From positions 1,216,001-1,280,000 of the forward strand of contig CAWHAE010000009.1 in assembly GCA_963827235.1 (NCBI GenBank): a stretch of DNA of 64,000 nt, read 5' to 3'. Under the pieces are notes generated by a model that saw only the letters and a list, made by a program, of their open reading frames with translations, did not search any database and was not told the origin of the DNA. Origin of the DNA: an uncultured bacterium (GTDB taxonomy: Bacteria > Chloroflexota > UBA5177 > JANWHV01). The translations under genes and the position numbers were made by a program. Positions within the stretch are counted from its first letter, which is position 1, and each line of letters begins with the position of its first letter. This document shows, piece by piece, positions 29,178 through 39,310 of this stretch.

Positions 29178-30406
29178 GCGATCCACCGGCCTCGCACGAA
29201 GACGATGGTGAAGAGCGCCAGCAGACCGACAGAACAGACGGTGATCAGCCTGTCGCTCGCTCGTGGACGCCCGAGCAGGGCGAGTGCTATGAACGGTGGG
29301 AACACGGTCAGATCGAATCGCGCGATGGACAACAGGGCGAGCGGCTGGCCCGGCATTGCCGTGGGAGACATGAGCACGACCAGCATCACGGCGCTGGCGT
29401 ATGCCGTGTACGAGCGGCGCAGCCTGGTGCTGCCCCATGCGATCAGACCCAGGAAGAGCAGGGCAAAGGCAACGTCCACGAGCGACTGCGCCGCCAGCGA
29501 GTTTCTGGTGTGCGGCGAATACTGGGCGAGCGGATGCATGATCCGGCCGGCGTCCTCCAGCAAGCCCTGCCACGGCAGGGCGAATACGCGGTGCCACGCC
29601 TCCTGTGCACGTAGAAAGAGCAGGGCGTCTCCAAAGCGCGCCTGCAGATAGACCATGTAGGTGAGGAGGCCCGTTGGCACGAGCAGGAGGGCCGGCGCAA
29701 CCTTCAGCCAGCCGTCCGGCTTGCTCTCGTCGCGCAGCGCATCATAGAGCTCGAGTGCAAAAGGAATAACCAGTGCGACACCGAGCTGCCGCGTGAGACA
29801 CGCCGCCATGCCGCAGAACCCGGCAAGCCACCACCGGCGCAAGCGCAGCGCGCAGAGGCAGCCCACGCAGCAGAGCAGATACAAGGACTCGGAATAGGCG
29901 GCAAAGAAGAACAGCGCGGTAGGAAAGACGGCCAGGTAGAACACCGCGCGGTCGGCCGTGTCGACATCGAAGTCGATCAGCACCAGGCGATGAAACACGT
30001 ACAGGCAGGCAAGGAAACTGATGTTGGTCACCAGCAGCCCGGATTCGTACGCGGGAATGGCCGTCACCAGGCTCGTGACGTGCGTGAGCAAGGGGAAGAG
30101 CGGGAAGAAAGCCACGTCCGATTGGACGGGCGGCGCCTGCCAGGAGTAGCCGTGATTGGCGACCCGCACGTACCATAGCACGTCCCATCGCTCCCAGAGG
30201 GCAGCGAGGCCCACGGCGTGGCCGGCCACGTCGTAGAACAGCCTGCCGGTAAGCAGGCTGATCATGGTCAACACGACGTGGTTGACCAGAAACGCGGAGC
30301 CGGCGACCCAAGCACTGGACCGCCGACTCGAAACCCGTTCCGACGTCGAGTGTTGAGCCCAACCCACGACCATATGTTCCGACATGAGTGCTTCAATGAG
30401 GCTCAA
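29174..30406 (-). CDS. PIG-V/GT76-like mannosyltransferase (GT-C)
   Basis: RWDVLWYVRVANHGY, AFFPLFP, FFAAYSESLY, multi-TM. Confidence 0.85.
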   Translation of the reverse strand: MSLIEALMSEHMVVGWAQHSTSERVSSRRSSAWVAGSAFLVNHVVLTMISLLTGRLFYDVAGHAVGLAALWERWDVLWYVRVANHGYSWQAPPVQSDVAFFPLFPLLTHVTSLVTAIPAYESGLLVTNISFLACLYVFHRLVLIDFDVDTADRAVFYLAVFPTALFFFAAYSESLYLLCCVGCLCALRLRRWWLAGFCGMAACLTRQLGVALVIPFALELYDALRDESKPDGWLKVAPALLLVPTGLLTYMVYLQARFGDALLFLRAQEAWHRVFALPWQGLLEDAGRIMHPLAQYSPHTRNSLAAQSLVDVAFALLFLGLIAWGSTRLRRSYTAYASAVMLVVLMSPTAMPGQPLALLSIARFDLTVFPPFIALALLGRPRASDRLITVCSVGLLALFTIVFVRGRWIA

Positions 30407-30586
30407 TAGACGCCCCGGCGCTCGAATGAGGCCGCTTCGGTCTCATAATACACCGGTAGCGTCTGATACACTATGCTCCTGTCCGTGAGTGTCCTTCACC
30501 GAGTTCATCTCGCGCTAAGGCGCGCTCTGCTATGGTACGACGAGATGTCCATAGCTCAGGCCGCATGGCGGCATACACTATCGAAC

Positions 30587-32383
30587 ATGGCACGGTTGGC
30601 TCACCGGTCTCACGTGTGCTGCGCGCTCGCGGTCCGAGCACTGGCGGTCCTGGCACTCTGCGTGGCCCTCGGGTGCTTCGGCTCGCTGTACCCCCAGGTG
30701 TCGCGCGCGGACTCGATCGCGCGAACGAAGCAGCAGCTTCTCACGGAAGCCGAGCGCGCGGCTGCCGCGATGCCGCACCGGCGTGCCGGCTACCCGCTGC
30801 TGGCCAGCTACAACGGCTTCGCGCTGGCCACGGACGTGCCCGCCTACGCCTACTACAATCTCGTCATTGCCTCGCAGGACGCCAACGTAGGAGCGCCCAG
30901 CCCTCTGGCGCTGTTGCGTTTGGCCAATCCCAAGGTGATTGCGCTCCTCTACCAGCGCACGCTGCAGGTCGACTACCCGCTGATACACCAGTACTACGGC
31001 ACGAACGCGCTGTATCCGGGATGGTGGCTGCTGCGGGCGGGATCCGTCCTGAAGACCAATATCAACGCCACGCAGCGCTGGATTCCGGTGCAGGACCCCT
31101 CGCGCTTTCAGATCTACGACGACGTACTCGTGGATGGCGAGACCATGCACGTGGTGGGCAAGTACGGCGTCGCCCTGATCGTGCAACGCGGCTTCTACAG
31201 CCGGGCGGTGCCCCACAAGCTGGGCGCGCGCATCGCGGCCCACTACAGCTACCGCGTGGATCTGCAGAACAGCGTGATCACGGGACCGAGCGAGAATCGC
31301 CGCCCGTGGTCGCTCAACCTGTCCGCCACGTGCCCGCGCGACAGGCAGGGGCGGACCTGGGACGATTTCCTGACCGGCTTCCTGCGCAATCGGCTGCGGG
31401 CGGGCAGCTGGAACGGCATATTCCTGGACAACACCGACCAGACTCCGCGTGACCCGACGGTCGACGTCAACAACGACAACCAGCCCGACGGCGGCATAGT
31501 GGGCGGGGTGAACGTCTGGCGCCAGGGTGAACTGGGGCTCATGGCCGGCTTGCGCCGGCTGGTGCCCGGCGTGCTGATCCTGGACAACGGCACTCTGGTA
31601 AGCGGTGGAGTAGCCAACGGCCGTGAGTTCGAGAACTTCGCCCTCTCCGGCTCAGCCTATGCGGCGGGCATGCGCGACTACACGTTGTGGCCGCAGCTCG
31701 TGGCAGCTCCGCGCTTGCTGGTGGTCAACCCGGACACGCAGGAGCATCCGCACTACGATCTGCGCGCCATGCGGTTTGGACTGGCGTCGGCCCTGCTGGG
31801 CGACGGTCTGTACGCCTACGACGAGGGATGGCACCACCATGGTGCCGCCTGGATGTTCGACGAATACGACGACGGCGCCGGCACGGCGCTGCTCAATGAT
31901 ACGCCGGTCACCGCGACATACCTGGACGTGAGGAGCCCGGCGCAGTTCCGAGTCGGCGACATGCTCATCGTGGGGCGCGAGCAGATGCGGGTTACCGGCG
32001 TGGGCGCTCAGCGCCTGAGCGTCGAGCGCGGCATCGGCGGCACGGAGGTAGTCAGCCACCCGGCACACACGGTCGTGGCCACCGCGGCGCAGATCGCCGC
32101 CGGCTCGGGCTATCTGGGGCAGCCTGCCGGTGGCGCCCAGGTGCTGGCGAGCTCGGAGAATGCCGGCACCGGCGGTGCCGTGCTGGCGAGAGCGTTTCAG
32201 CACGGCCTGGTGCTGGTCAACCCGACGGCGCACAGCCTGGTCGCCCGGCTGCCGCGCCTGTATTGGCATCTCGAAGGCGATCAGGATCCGGCCGTCAACG
32301 ACGGCAAACCGGTGCAATCGGTGCTCCTGCAGCCGTATACGGGCCTCGTTCTCCTGAACTCCCCACCGGGACGGCGCGCGTAG
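30587..32383 (+). CDS. Secreted putative glycoside hydrolase (GHL15-like TIM barrel) with two inserted beta modules
   Basis: Signal peptide; GIFLDN, GREFENF, MRFGLASALLGDG, WMFDEYD, GYLGQP, RAFQHGLVLVNP. Confidence 0.65.
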   Translation: MARLAHRSHVCCALAVRALAVLALCVALGCFGSLYPQVSRADSIARTKQQLLTEAERAAAAMPHRRAGYPLLASYNGFALATDVPAYAYYNLVIASQDANVGAPSPLALLRLANPKVIALLYQRTLQVDYPLIHQYYGTNALYPGWWLLRAGSVLKTNINATQRWIPVQDPSRFQIYDDVLVDGETMHVVGKYGVALIVQRGFYSRAVPHKLGARIAAHYSYRVDLQNSVITGPSENRRPWSLNLSATCPRDRQGRTWDDFLTGFLRNRLRAGSWNGIFLDNTDQTPRDPTVDVNNDNQPDGGIVGGVNVWRQGELGLMAGLRRLVPGVLILDNGTLVSGGVANGREFENFALSGSAYAAGMRDYTLWPQLVAAPRLLVVNPDTQEHPHYDLRAMRFGLASALLGDGLYAYDEGWHHHGAAWMFDEYDDGAGTALLNDTPVTATYLDVRSPAQFRVGDMLIVGREQMRVTGVGAQRLSVERGIGGTEVVSHPAHTVVATAAQIAAGSGYLGQPAGGAQVLASSENAGTGGAVLARAFQHGLVLVNPTAHSLVARLPRLYWHLEGDQDPAVNDGKPVQSVLLQPYTGLVLLNSPPGRRA

Positions 32384-32420
32384 AGCATGCGCGGGTGCCC
32401 TGCGGCGATCGCCCGGACGC

Positions 32421-34061
32421 TCACTGCCCTCGCTGCACGTCGGCGCGCGTGAATCCGAGTACGCCCATGGCCAGCACGAGGACGGCCAGCGCGGTCATGG
32501 CCAGTGAAGCGCCCCAGCGAGGCCCATCCGTGATCGGGCTGCCGTACTGGTGGAACATTGAGAGATCGGCGAGCCACGCCGGCAGATTGAGCGCGGTGTA
32601 GAGCAGCGAGGCCAGGAAGGAGAGGGCAACCAGCGATCCCACCACGCCCGTGCCGATAGCCGCCGCGGCCCGCCCGGCCAATAGAAACACCACGCTAGCA
32701 GTGATCAGCTCCAGTGGGAAGATGCCCAGCATGGCCGCCGTCACATACCCTGCATCCAGATTCAGGCCGGCGAGACGACCGCTCACCAATACGATCAACT
32801 CGACGACCAGCGGCGCACAGACGAGCAGAAGCGCGAGTGAGGCGAAACGCTCCAGGATCACTCGCCAGCGAGGATTTGGCGTCGCCAGCACCAGCTCGAT
32901 CGTGCCCGTGTCCAGATCGCGCGACCACGCCCCGGCTTCCACCATGGCGTAGATCACCAGCAGGAGTGGGAGATAGAGAAACAGGATAGCGGCCAGGAAA
33001 CCCGCATCGGTCATCACGTTGTGGCTGCCCAACACCTGGCTCAGCTGGCGTGGCGTATCGGCCAGCACCTTGCGCAGGGTATCCTCGGTGCTGCGCGCCA
33101 CGCCCGTGGTCCAGGCCGCGTAGACGCCGAGCCCGGCGATCCACCAGAGCGCAGTAGGAAGCTGCGCGGCAAGCCCGCGTATCCACACGGCGCGCAGGGT
33201 ACGATCCGCGAAGGGCCGCTCGAGCGTCTGGACAGGTGTGACCGCCCGTTGTACGGCACGATGCCTCCAGGCCACGCCACCCACGTCTCGCCACAGCAAC
33301 AGGGGCACACTGGCGCCGCCCAGCACGAGCGCGAGCAGGGCCTGCACGAGCAGGCCGCTGCTATTCGTGCCGTAGGAGGAAATCAACGGCTTGCTCAGGT
33401 CGTAGTAGTAGAGGGGGGATAGGTGCTGCAGCCACCCCGCCTTGGCCACCCGGCCCGTGCCTTCTACTAGGTAGGCAAGGACCATGATGGCGCCGGCCAG
33501 CCCCGCCGCGGCGCCCGCCGACCGTACAACCTGGGCGATCAAGAGAGCCAGCATGGCAAACACCAACGCCGCCAGGCTGGCGTTGAGACCGGCCATCAGC
33601 GCGCCGCCCGCATCGACGTGCAGGTGCGCTTTGGACTCTCCGCCCATGGCGCCTACGGCGATCAGGATCCCGATTGCAGCCAAGGCGATCAGCAGCGCGA
33701 CCGCCTTCTCGGTCAGCACGCGCCCGCGCGAGCGAGGCACGGAGAGCAATACGTCGAGGGAGCGGCGGTCTTCCTCGCGCCGGAGGAGACGTGCGCCGGC
33801 CATTACCGACCAGATGCCGAGCAGGACAGGCAATGCGCCCATGCTCTTCCACGTGGCATAGCCGGTCGGCGTGGTGAGTGCCACGGGATCGCCGAAGAAG
33901 CGCATGCTCTCGGCCAGCGATGCCGCGTCCTGCCGCGCTTTCAGGCTCAGCAGGCCGACCGCGTAGATTTGCGAATAGATCAGCACGGCCAGCCCAAGAC
34001 CCCAGCCCAATATCGCCACGCGGTACTCGCGCAGAGTCTTGGTCCAGATCGATCGCAGCAC
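32421..34061 (-). CDS. ABC-2-type exporter permease, internally duplicated
   Basis: Two halves with EEDRRSLDVLLSVPRSR and DLDTGTIELVLATPNPR; about 12 TM. Confidence 0.85.
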   Translation of the reverse strand: MLRSIWTKTLREYRVAILGWGLGLAVLIYSQIYAVGLLSLKARQDAASLAESMRFFGDPVALTTPTGYATWKSMGALPVLLGIWSVMAGARLLRREEDRRSLDVLLSVPRSRGRVLTEKAVALLIALAAIGILIAVGAMGGESKAHLHVDAGGALMAGLNASLAALVFAMLALLIAQVVRSAGAAAGLAGAIMVLAYLVEGTGRVAKAGWLQHLSPLYYYDLSKPLISSYGTNSSGLLVQALLALVLGGASVPLLLWRDVGGVAWRHRAVQRAVTPVQTLERPFADRTLRAVWIRGLAAQLPTALWWIAGLGVYAAWTTGVARSTEDTLRKVLADTPRQLSQVLGSHNVMTDAGFLAAILFLYLPLLLVIYAMVEAGAWSRDLDTGTIELVLATPNPRWRVILERFASLALLLVCAPLVVELIVLVSGRLAGLNLDAGYVTAAMLGIFPLELITASVVFLLAGRAAAAIGTGVVGSLVALSFLASLLYTALNLPAWLADLSMFHQYGSPITDGPRWGASLAMTALAVLVLAMGVLGFTRADVQRGQ

Positions 34062-34069
34062 GACGATAC

Positions 34070-34998
<929 letters not shown>

Positions 34999-35002
<4 letters not shown>

Positions 35003-35520
35003 GGCCGTTGTCCGTATCTATCCAGAAGAGGCAGAGACGACTGATGGGCATTGGTATACCGCTCGCGCCAGCGCGCGAGTGTGGCCTCGAACTCGGCGGT
35101 TGTGAAATCGCAGTAGTCGAGCAGCTCCCCGAGGCGGGCGCGAGCCGGCTCGTCGTCCGGTGCCAGTGCGGCCAGCCCGCGCTCGGCTACGCGACGCATG
35201 ACCACGGTGGCCTCGAGACTGGCTCTGATGCCGCGACCCCATGTGTCCGCGGTGACCCGATAGTAATCGCGCCGGTCGCCGGGAAAGCTCACGCGCTCGA
35301 CCAGGGCGCTGCTCACGCTGACCCGTACGTTGGTCGAAATCGACGATCGCGCGACGCCCAGAGTATTGGCCATCTCATCCAGGGTGAGCGGCCGGTCGGC
35401 CAATATCAGCAGACCGAGCACGCGGCCGCCGATGCGCGCGAGGCCGTACTGTCCAAAGAACAGCCCCATGTCCTCGATGAACTGTAGTTTTCCGGGCGAG
35501 AGCTGAATGACGCTGTCCAT
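34999..35520 (-). CDS. GbsR/MarR-family regulator
   Basis: GLARIGGRVLGLL, LTLDEMANTLGVARSSISTN, PGDRRDYY; ATGA coupling to the ATPase. Confidence 0.88.
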
Positions 35521-35589
35521 ACGGCACTTTCTCCGTCGCTTCGACGCCGCACATCGGGTCCGACAGTCATGCTACTCTCGACGGTTCCG

Positions 35590-35603
35590 TCAGTCAAGAC
35601 TGA
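35590..35603. promoter_or_regulatory. Putative operator for the GbsR-like regulator
   Basis: Inverted repeat TCAGTC-AA-GACTGA about 70 nt upstream of the regulator start. Confidence 0.45.
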
Positions 35604-35671
35604 AATATCAGACGACAGCCGCGGCGACTTGCTTCTCTCGAATGCGGCAGGCGGAGCCGTACGGCGAGCTT

Positions 35672-36229
35672 CTAGCGCTTCTGGCCGGTCGCCGGGCTGG
35701 TCAGCGCGTTGTGTGCCCGGTTGAGGCGGGCCATCATCATCTCGGCCTCGGCGCGCAGCTCGGGAGGCCCGTCCATGAAGCGGTCTGGATGCCAGACGCG
35801 CGAAAGAAGCCGGTAGCGACGCCGGATGTCGTCGCTGCTGGCTCCCGGGCGGAGGCCGAGGATCACCCACGGGCTATCCACGGCGGGCGCGGCGGTCTGC
35901 CCACGTTGGCGCGGAGCTCCCTGGAAGCCCGGCGGCGGTATCTGCTGGCGCGGGTCGGGGCGGTATCTTGGCGGCACGCTCTGCTGGTACGCGGGTGCCG
36001 CCGGCTGCCGCTTGCGCTGCTCACCAGCCACGGCCTGCGCCTCCCGTTTGAGGCGATCGAGTCGTGTCCGCTCCTTCACCACCTGATCGCGAAGCCAGAG
36101 CAGCTCGGAGCGCGCATCCTCGATCGACCGGTTGACCGCGTCGAGGTCGTCTTGTTGCTCCGGCGTGATATGAGGTGCGGCTGCGGAGCGCAGGGATTCT
36201 TGAGCGGCACGCCTGTTGCGACCAAACAC
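35672..36229 (-). CDS. Class C J-domain protein (coiled coil, Pro/Gln linker, C-terminal J domain)
   Basis: PWVILGLRPGASSDDIRRRYRLLSRVWHPDRF with HPD motif; LNRAH. Confidence 0.85.
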   Translation of the reverse strand: MFGRNRRAAQESLRSAAAPHITPEQQDDLDAVNRSIEDARSELLWLRDQVVKERTRLDRLKREAQAVAGEQRKRQPAAPAYQQSVPPRYRPDPRQQIPPPGFQGAPRQRGQTAAPAVDSPWVILGLRPGASSDDIRRRYRLLSRVWHPDRFMDGPPELRAEAEMMMARLNRAHNALTSPATGQKR

Positions 36230-36494
36230 GTTCGAAGCAATTCCTCGAATCGGTAATCATCAAGGAGCCATGGTCAGTGACACGGGCCTCCCGCACGTCT
36301 GCCGCCACCCATGGCCCGGATCACAGGCGTATCCCGCTGCTAACAGTATCGCACAGCTTACGTCTTCCCGGAGCCGGTCGCTTGCTTTCGGGTACCCTGG
36401 AGTCGCACGACCTTTGAGTCCATGCAGCCGTCCGAGCCAGGACGCGCACCGCTGCGACCCTGTGAAGGAGTAAACGTTGGGCTCGCTTGAGTGG

Positions 36495-37085
36495 ATGGAT
36501 GCCAAGCAGGACAAGCCGGAGGGTGCGCGCTTGGGCTGGACGGTGCTCGAGACCCGCTATCCGCTTCGCTCCCCGTGGCTTACCCTGCGCGAGGATCGCG
36601 TGCGGATCGCCGGCCACGGCGAGATCGTCTTCACCTACAGCGAGGCGACGCCCGCCGTCTACGTGGTGCCGATCACCAGGGCAGGCGACATGCTCTTGAT
36701 CCGGCAGTACCGCTATCCCGTGGATCGCTGGTCGCTCGAAGTGCCGGCCGGCGGCACGCACGACTTTCCGGGCGTGCCGCTGGACCAGGTGGCGCGAGCA
36801 GAGCTTGAGGAGGAGGTAGGAGCCGTGTGCGACGAGCTCGTGCCGGTAGCAGCGTTCCCTCTGCACGCCGCCAAGAGCGCGCAGCTTGGCCAGACGTTTC
36901 TCGCCACGGGCGTGGAGCTGAGCGCGACGCCCCGGCCGGCGGAAACAGAGTTGATCACGCTGCATGCGACTCCGGTCGCCGACGCCTATCACATGCTGCA
37001 CGCCGGCGAGATCTTCGATTGCCAGAGCGCCATGGCATTGCTGGTATGTGAGCCCCTTTTGCGGCAGCGCGGTCTGCTCGGCTAA
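36495..37085 (+). CDS. NUDIX hydrolase (ADP-ribose pyrophosphatase-like)
   Basis: LIRQYRYPV, LEVPAG, ARAELEEEVG Nudix box. Confidence 0.9.
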   Translation: MDAKQDKPEGARLGWTVLETRYPLRSPWLTLREDRVRIAGHGEIVFTYSEATPAVYVVPITRAGDMLLIRQYRYPVDRWSLEVPAGGTHDFPGVPLDQVARAELEEEVGAVCDELVPVAAFPLHAAKSAQLGQTFLATGVELSATPRPAETELITLHATPVADAYHMLHAGEIFDCQSAMALLVCEPLLRQRGLLG

Positions 37086-37985
37086 ATGGAGATTGCTGTT
37101 ACCGGCGCACGCGGGTACATCGGCAGGCATCTCGTGGCCCGGCTGGTGGCCGGGGGCGCGAGGCCCAGGTGCCTCGTGCGGCCGGGCGCTGACCTGGCGG
37201 TGCTTCCGACCGCGCAGATCGAGGTGGTGCGAGGAGACGTAACCGACGCGCGGTCGCTACCGGCGCTGGTAGAAGGCGTGGACTACGTGATCCACTGCGC
37301 GTCGATCGTGGCGAACGTCAAGCAGACCCGGCGCGACGCGTATCGATTGACGAATGTGGAAGGTACCGCCAGCCTCGTGGCGGCTGCCCAGGTGGCGGGC
37401 GTGCGCCGCTTCATCCACCTGGGAGGCATGAACACGGTACCCGGCGCGCCCGGTTCGTATATGCGCACGCGGTACGAGGCCGAGCAGCGGGTCGAGAGCG
37501 GCGGCGTGCCGTACGCTATCCTGCAACCGTCCATCCTGTTCGGCGACGGATCGCCGTTTTTCAGCGCTCTGGCCGGCCTGGTGCGGATAGCGCCGATCGT
37601 TCCCGTGCCGGGCAACGGCAGGATGCGCTTGCAGCCGATCTGGGTCGGAGATGTGGTCACGTGCCTGGAAGGACTGCTGGTCGACGACCACGCCGACGAG
37701 ACAGTGCCGGTGGGCGGCCCTGCCGCCTACTCCTACGATCGGCTCCTCGACACGATCATCACAGCAGCGGGGAAACGGCGCCTGAAGATGCACACGCCGC
37801 TACCGCTCATGCGTGCCGGCGCGCTGGTCATGCAGACCGTTCTGCCCAGGCCTCCAGTGACCACGGCGACGCTCGAGCTGTTCGCCGGGGGTGCCGACAA
37901 CGTGACGCGGCTCGACGCCGTGGTCGATCGCTTTGGCTTCGAGCCCCGGTCGCTCGAGGAGCACGCGCGGGTGAACGACCTCTGA
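37086..37985 (+). CDS. Atypical SDR / NAD(P)-dependent epimerase (NDUFA9-like)
   Basis: VTGARGYIG, QPSILFG, QPIWVGDV; abuts NUDIX stop. Confidence 0.85.
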   Translation: MEIAVTGARGYIGRHLVARLVAGGARPRCLVRPGADLAVLPTAQIEVVRGDVTDARSLPALVEGVDYVIHCASIVANVKQTRRDAYRLTNVEGTASLVAAAQVAGVRRFIHLGGMNTVPGAPGSYMRTRYEAEQRVESGGVPYAILQPSILFGDGSPFFSALAGLVRIAPIVPVPGNGRMRLQPIWVGDVVTCLEGLLVDDHADETVPVGGPAAYSYDRLLDTIITAAGKRRLKMHTPLPLMRAGALVMQTVLPRPPVTTATLELFAGGADNVTRLDAVVDRFGFEPRSLEEHARVNDL

Positions 37986-38269
37986 GGGCTCCTGTAGTAG
38001 CACCTACCGCGCCGCCCGATGGAGCAGGTGCTCGGCACTGTCGAGCAGTAGGTGCAGCGGCTGCACTGCGCGACCGTGCGAAGGGCATGCACCCAAGTCG
38101 AAGGCGCGTGAGGCGGGTCCTGGCAGGCGGGTACAAGATCTGTGCGGGAGCCGGCAGCGGCTATATTGACAGAATGGACTATGTCCCTCGCCCAGACGCG
38201 CCCGCATTCGCAGCACCAGGGTTGCGAATGCGTGAGAGCCGAGGCAGTGGGCGAAGCGAGTGAGGTAGA

Positions 38270-39298
38270 GTGTTGCTGATGCCGCTACGAATCGGAGTAA
38301 TCGGGACAGGGCTGGCGTTTCGAGAGCTCCACCTTCCCTGCGTGGCGGAGCTCAGGGAAAAGCTGCGTATCGCGGCAGTGGCGAATAGCACGCCTGCTTC
38401 GGCAGCGGCAGGGGCAGGGGCCGTCGCGGAGGCCACCGGCGTGCTTCCCGACGCGTGCGAGAGCGTCGAGCAGCTTCTGGACCGGCCCGACATCGGCGTT
38501 GTCCTGATAGCGGTGCCGATTCACCTCACTGCTGGCTACGTGCGGCAGGCATTGCTGCATGGAAAGGCGGTCTTTACCGAGAAACCGCTCGCGGATGACC
38601 TGGCCGACGCACACAGCCTGATTGAGCTGGCGCGGCGGATGGGCCTGCTGCTCTTCGTGGCGGAGAACTTCCGCTACCAGCGCCAATATCGACAGCTTGG
38701 CGTGCTGGCGCGCTCGGGCCTGATCGGGCAACCAGTCCTGTTTCGCTTGAACGACCTGCACTTCACCTCGCCGCAATCGAAGTACGCCGGCACTGCGTGG
38801 CGGCAGCAAGGCGCACACGCGGGCGGTTATCTGCTCGACGGCGGACCCCACACCATGGCCGGTGTGCGCTCGGTGGTGACCAGCCGGGTCACCGCGGTAC
38901 ACGGGATGACGGCGTCGTTCCACCCGGAGTTTCTGGCTCAGCAGCACGACACGCTGCTGTTGCACCTGACCTTCGAAGACGGCATGATCGGCGACGTGGG
39001 CTTGGGCTACGGCGCCGCGGATCCTGAAGGGCGCCGGCCGAAGATCTACGGACCCCAGGGCACGCTGATGATGTTGCGAGATCGCATCGAGCTCTGGACG
39101 CCTGGCTCGGCGGAGCCGGCGCAGCAATTCCCGCTGGACCTCAACGGCCCCGGCTTCAGAGAGGAGTGGCTTGATTTCTGCGGCGCGGCCGTCGAGCACA
39201 AACCCCTGGCCGGCACGCCGGAGGACGCCGTTGCGGATCTGGAGATCATACTGGCCGGCATAGAATCGGCCCGCACGGGTGAGGTGGTGCATCTCTAG
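38270..39298 (+). CDS. Gfo/Idh/MocA-family oxidoreductase
   Basis: RIGVIGTG, GKAVFTEKP, AENFRY, GGYLLDGGPH. Confidence 0.92.
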   Translation: MLLMPLRIGVIGTGLAFRELHLPCVAELREKLRIAAVANSTPASAAAGAGAVAEATGVLPDACESVEQLLDRPDIGVVLIAVPIHLTAGYVRQALLHGKAVFTEKPLADDLADAHSLIELARRMGLLLFVAENFRYQRQYRQLGVLARSGLIGQPVLFRLNDLHFTSPQSKYAGTAWRQQGAHAGGYLLDGGPHTMAGVRSVVTSRVTAVHGMTASFHPEFLAQQHDTLLLHLTFEDGMIGDVGLGYGAADPEGRRPKIYGPQGTLMMLRDRIELWTPGSAEPAQQFPLDLNGPGFREEWLDFCGAAVEHKPLAGTPEDAVADLEIILAGIESARTGEVVHL

Positions 39299-39310
39299 GA
39301 GGGCAGGAGG

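Noticed and set aside
38000-38055. GCACCTAC/GTAGGTGC hairpin as a terminator; FNR box upstream of the GRE operon
   Set aside because: Long irregular loop and no U-tract; no TTGAT-N4-ATCAA found in 37985-38270
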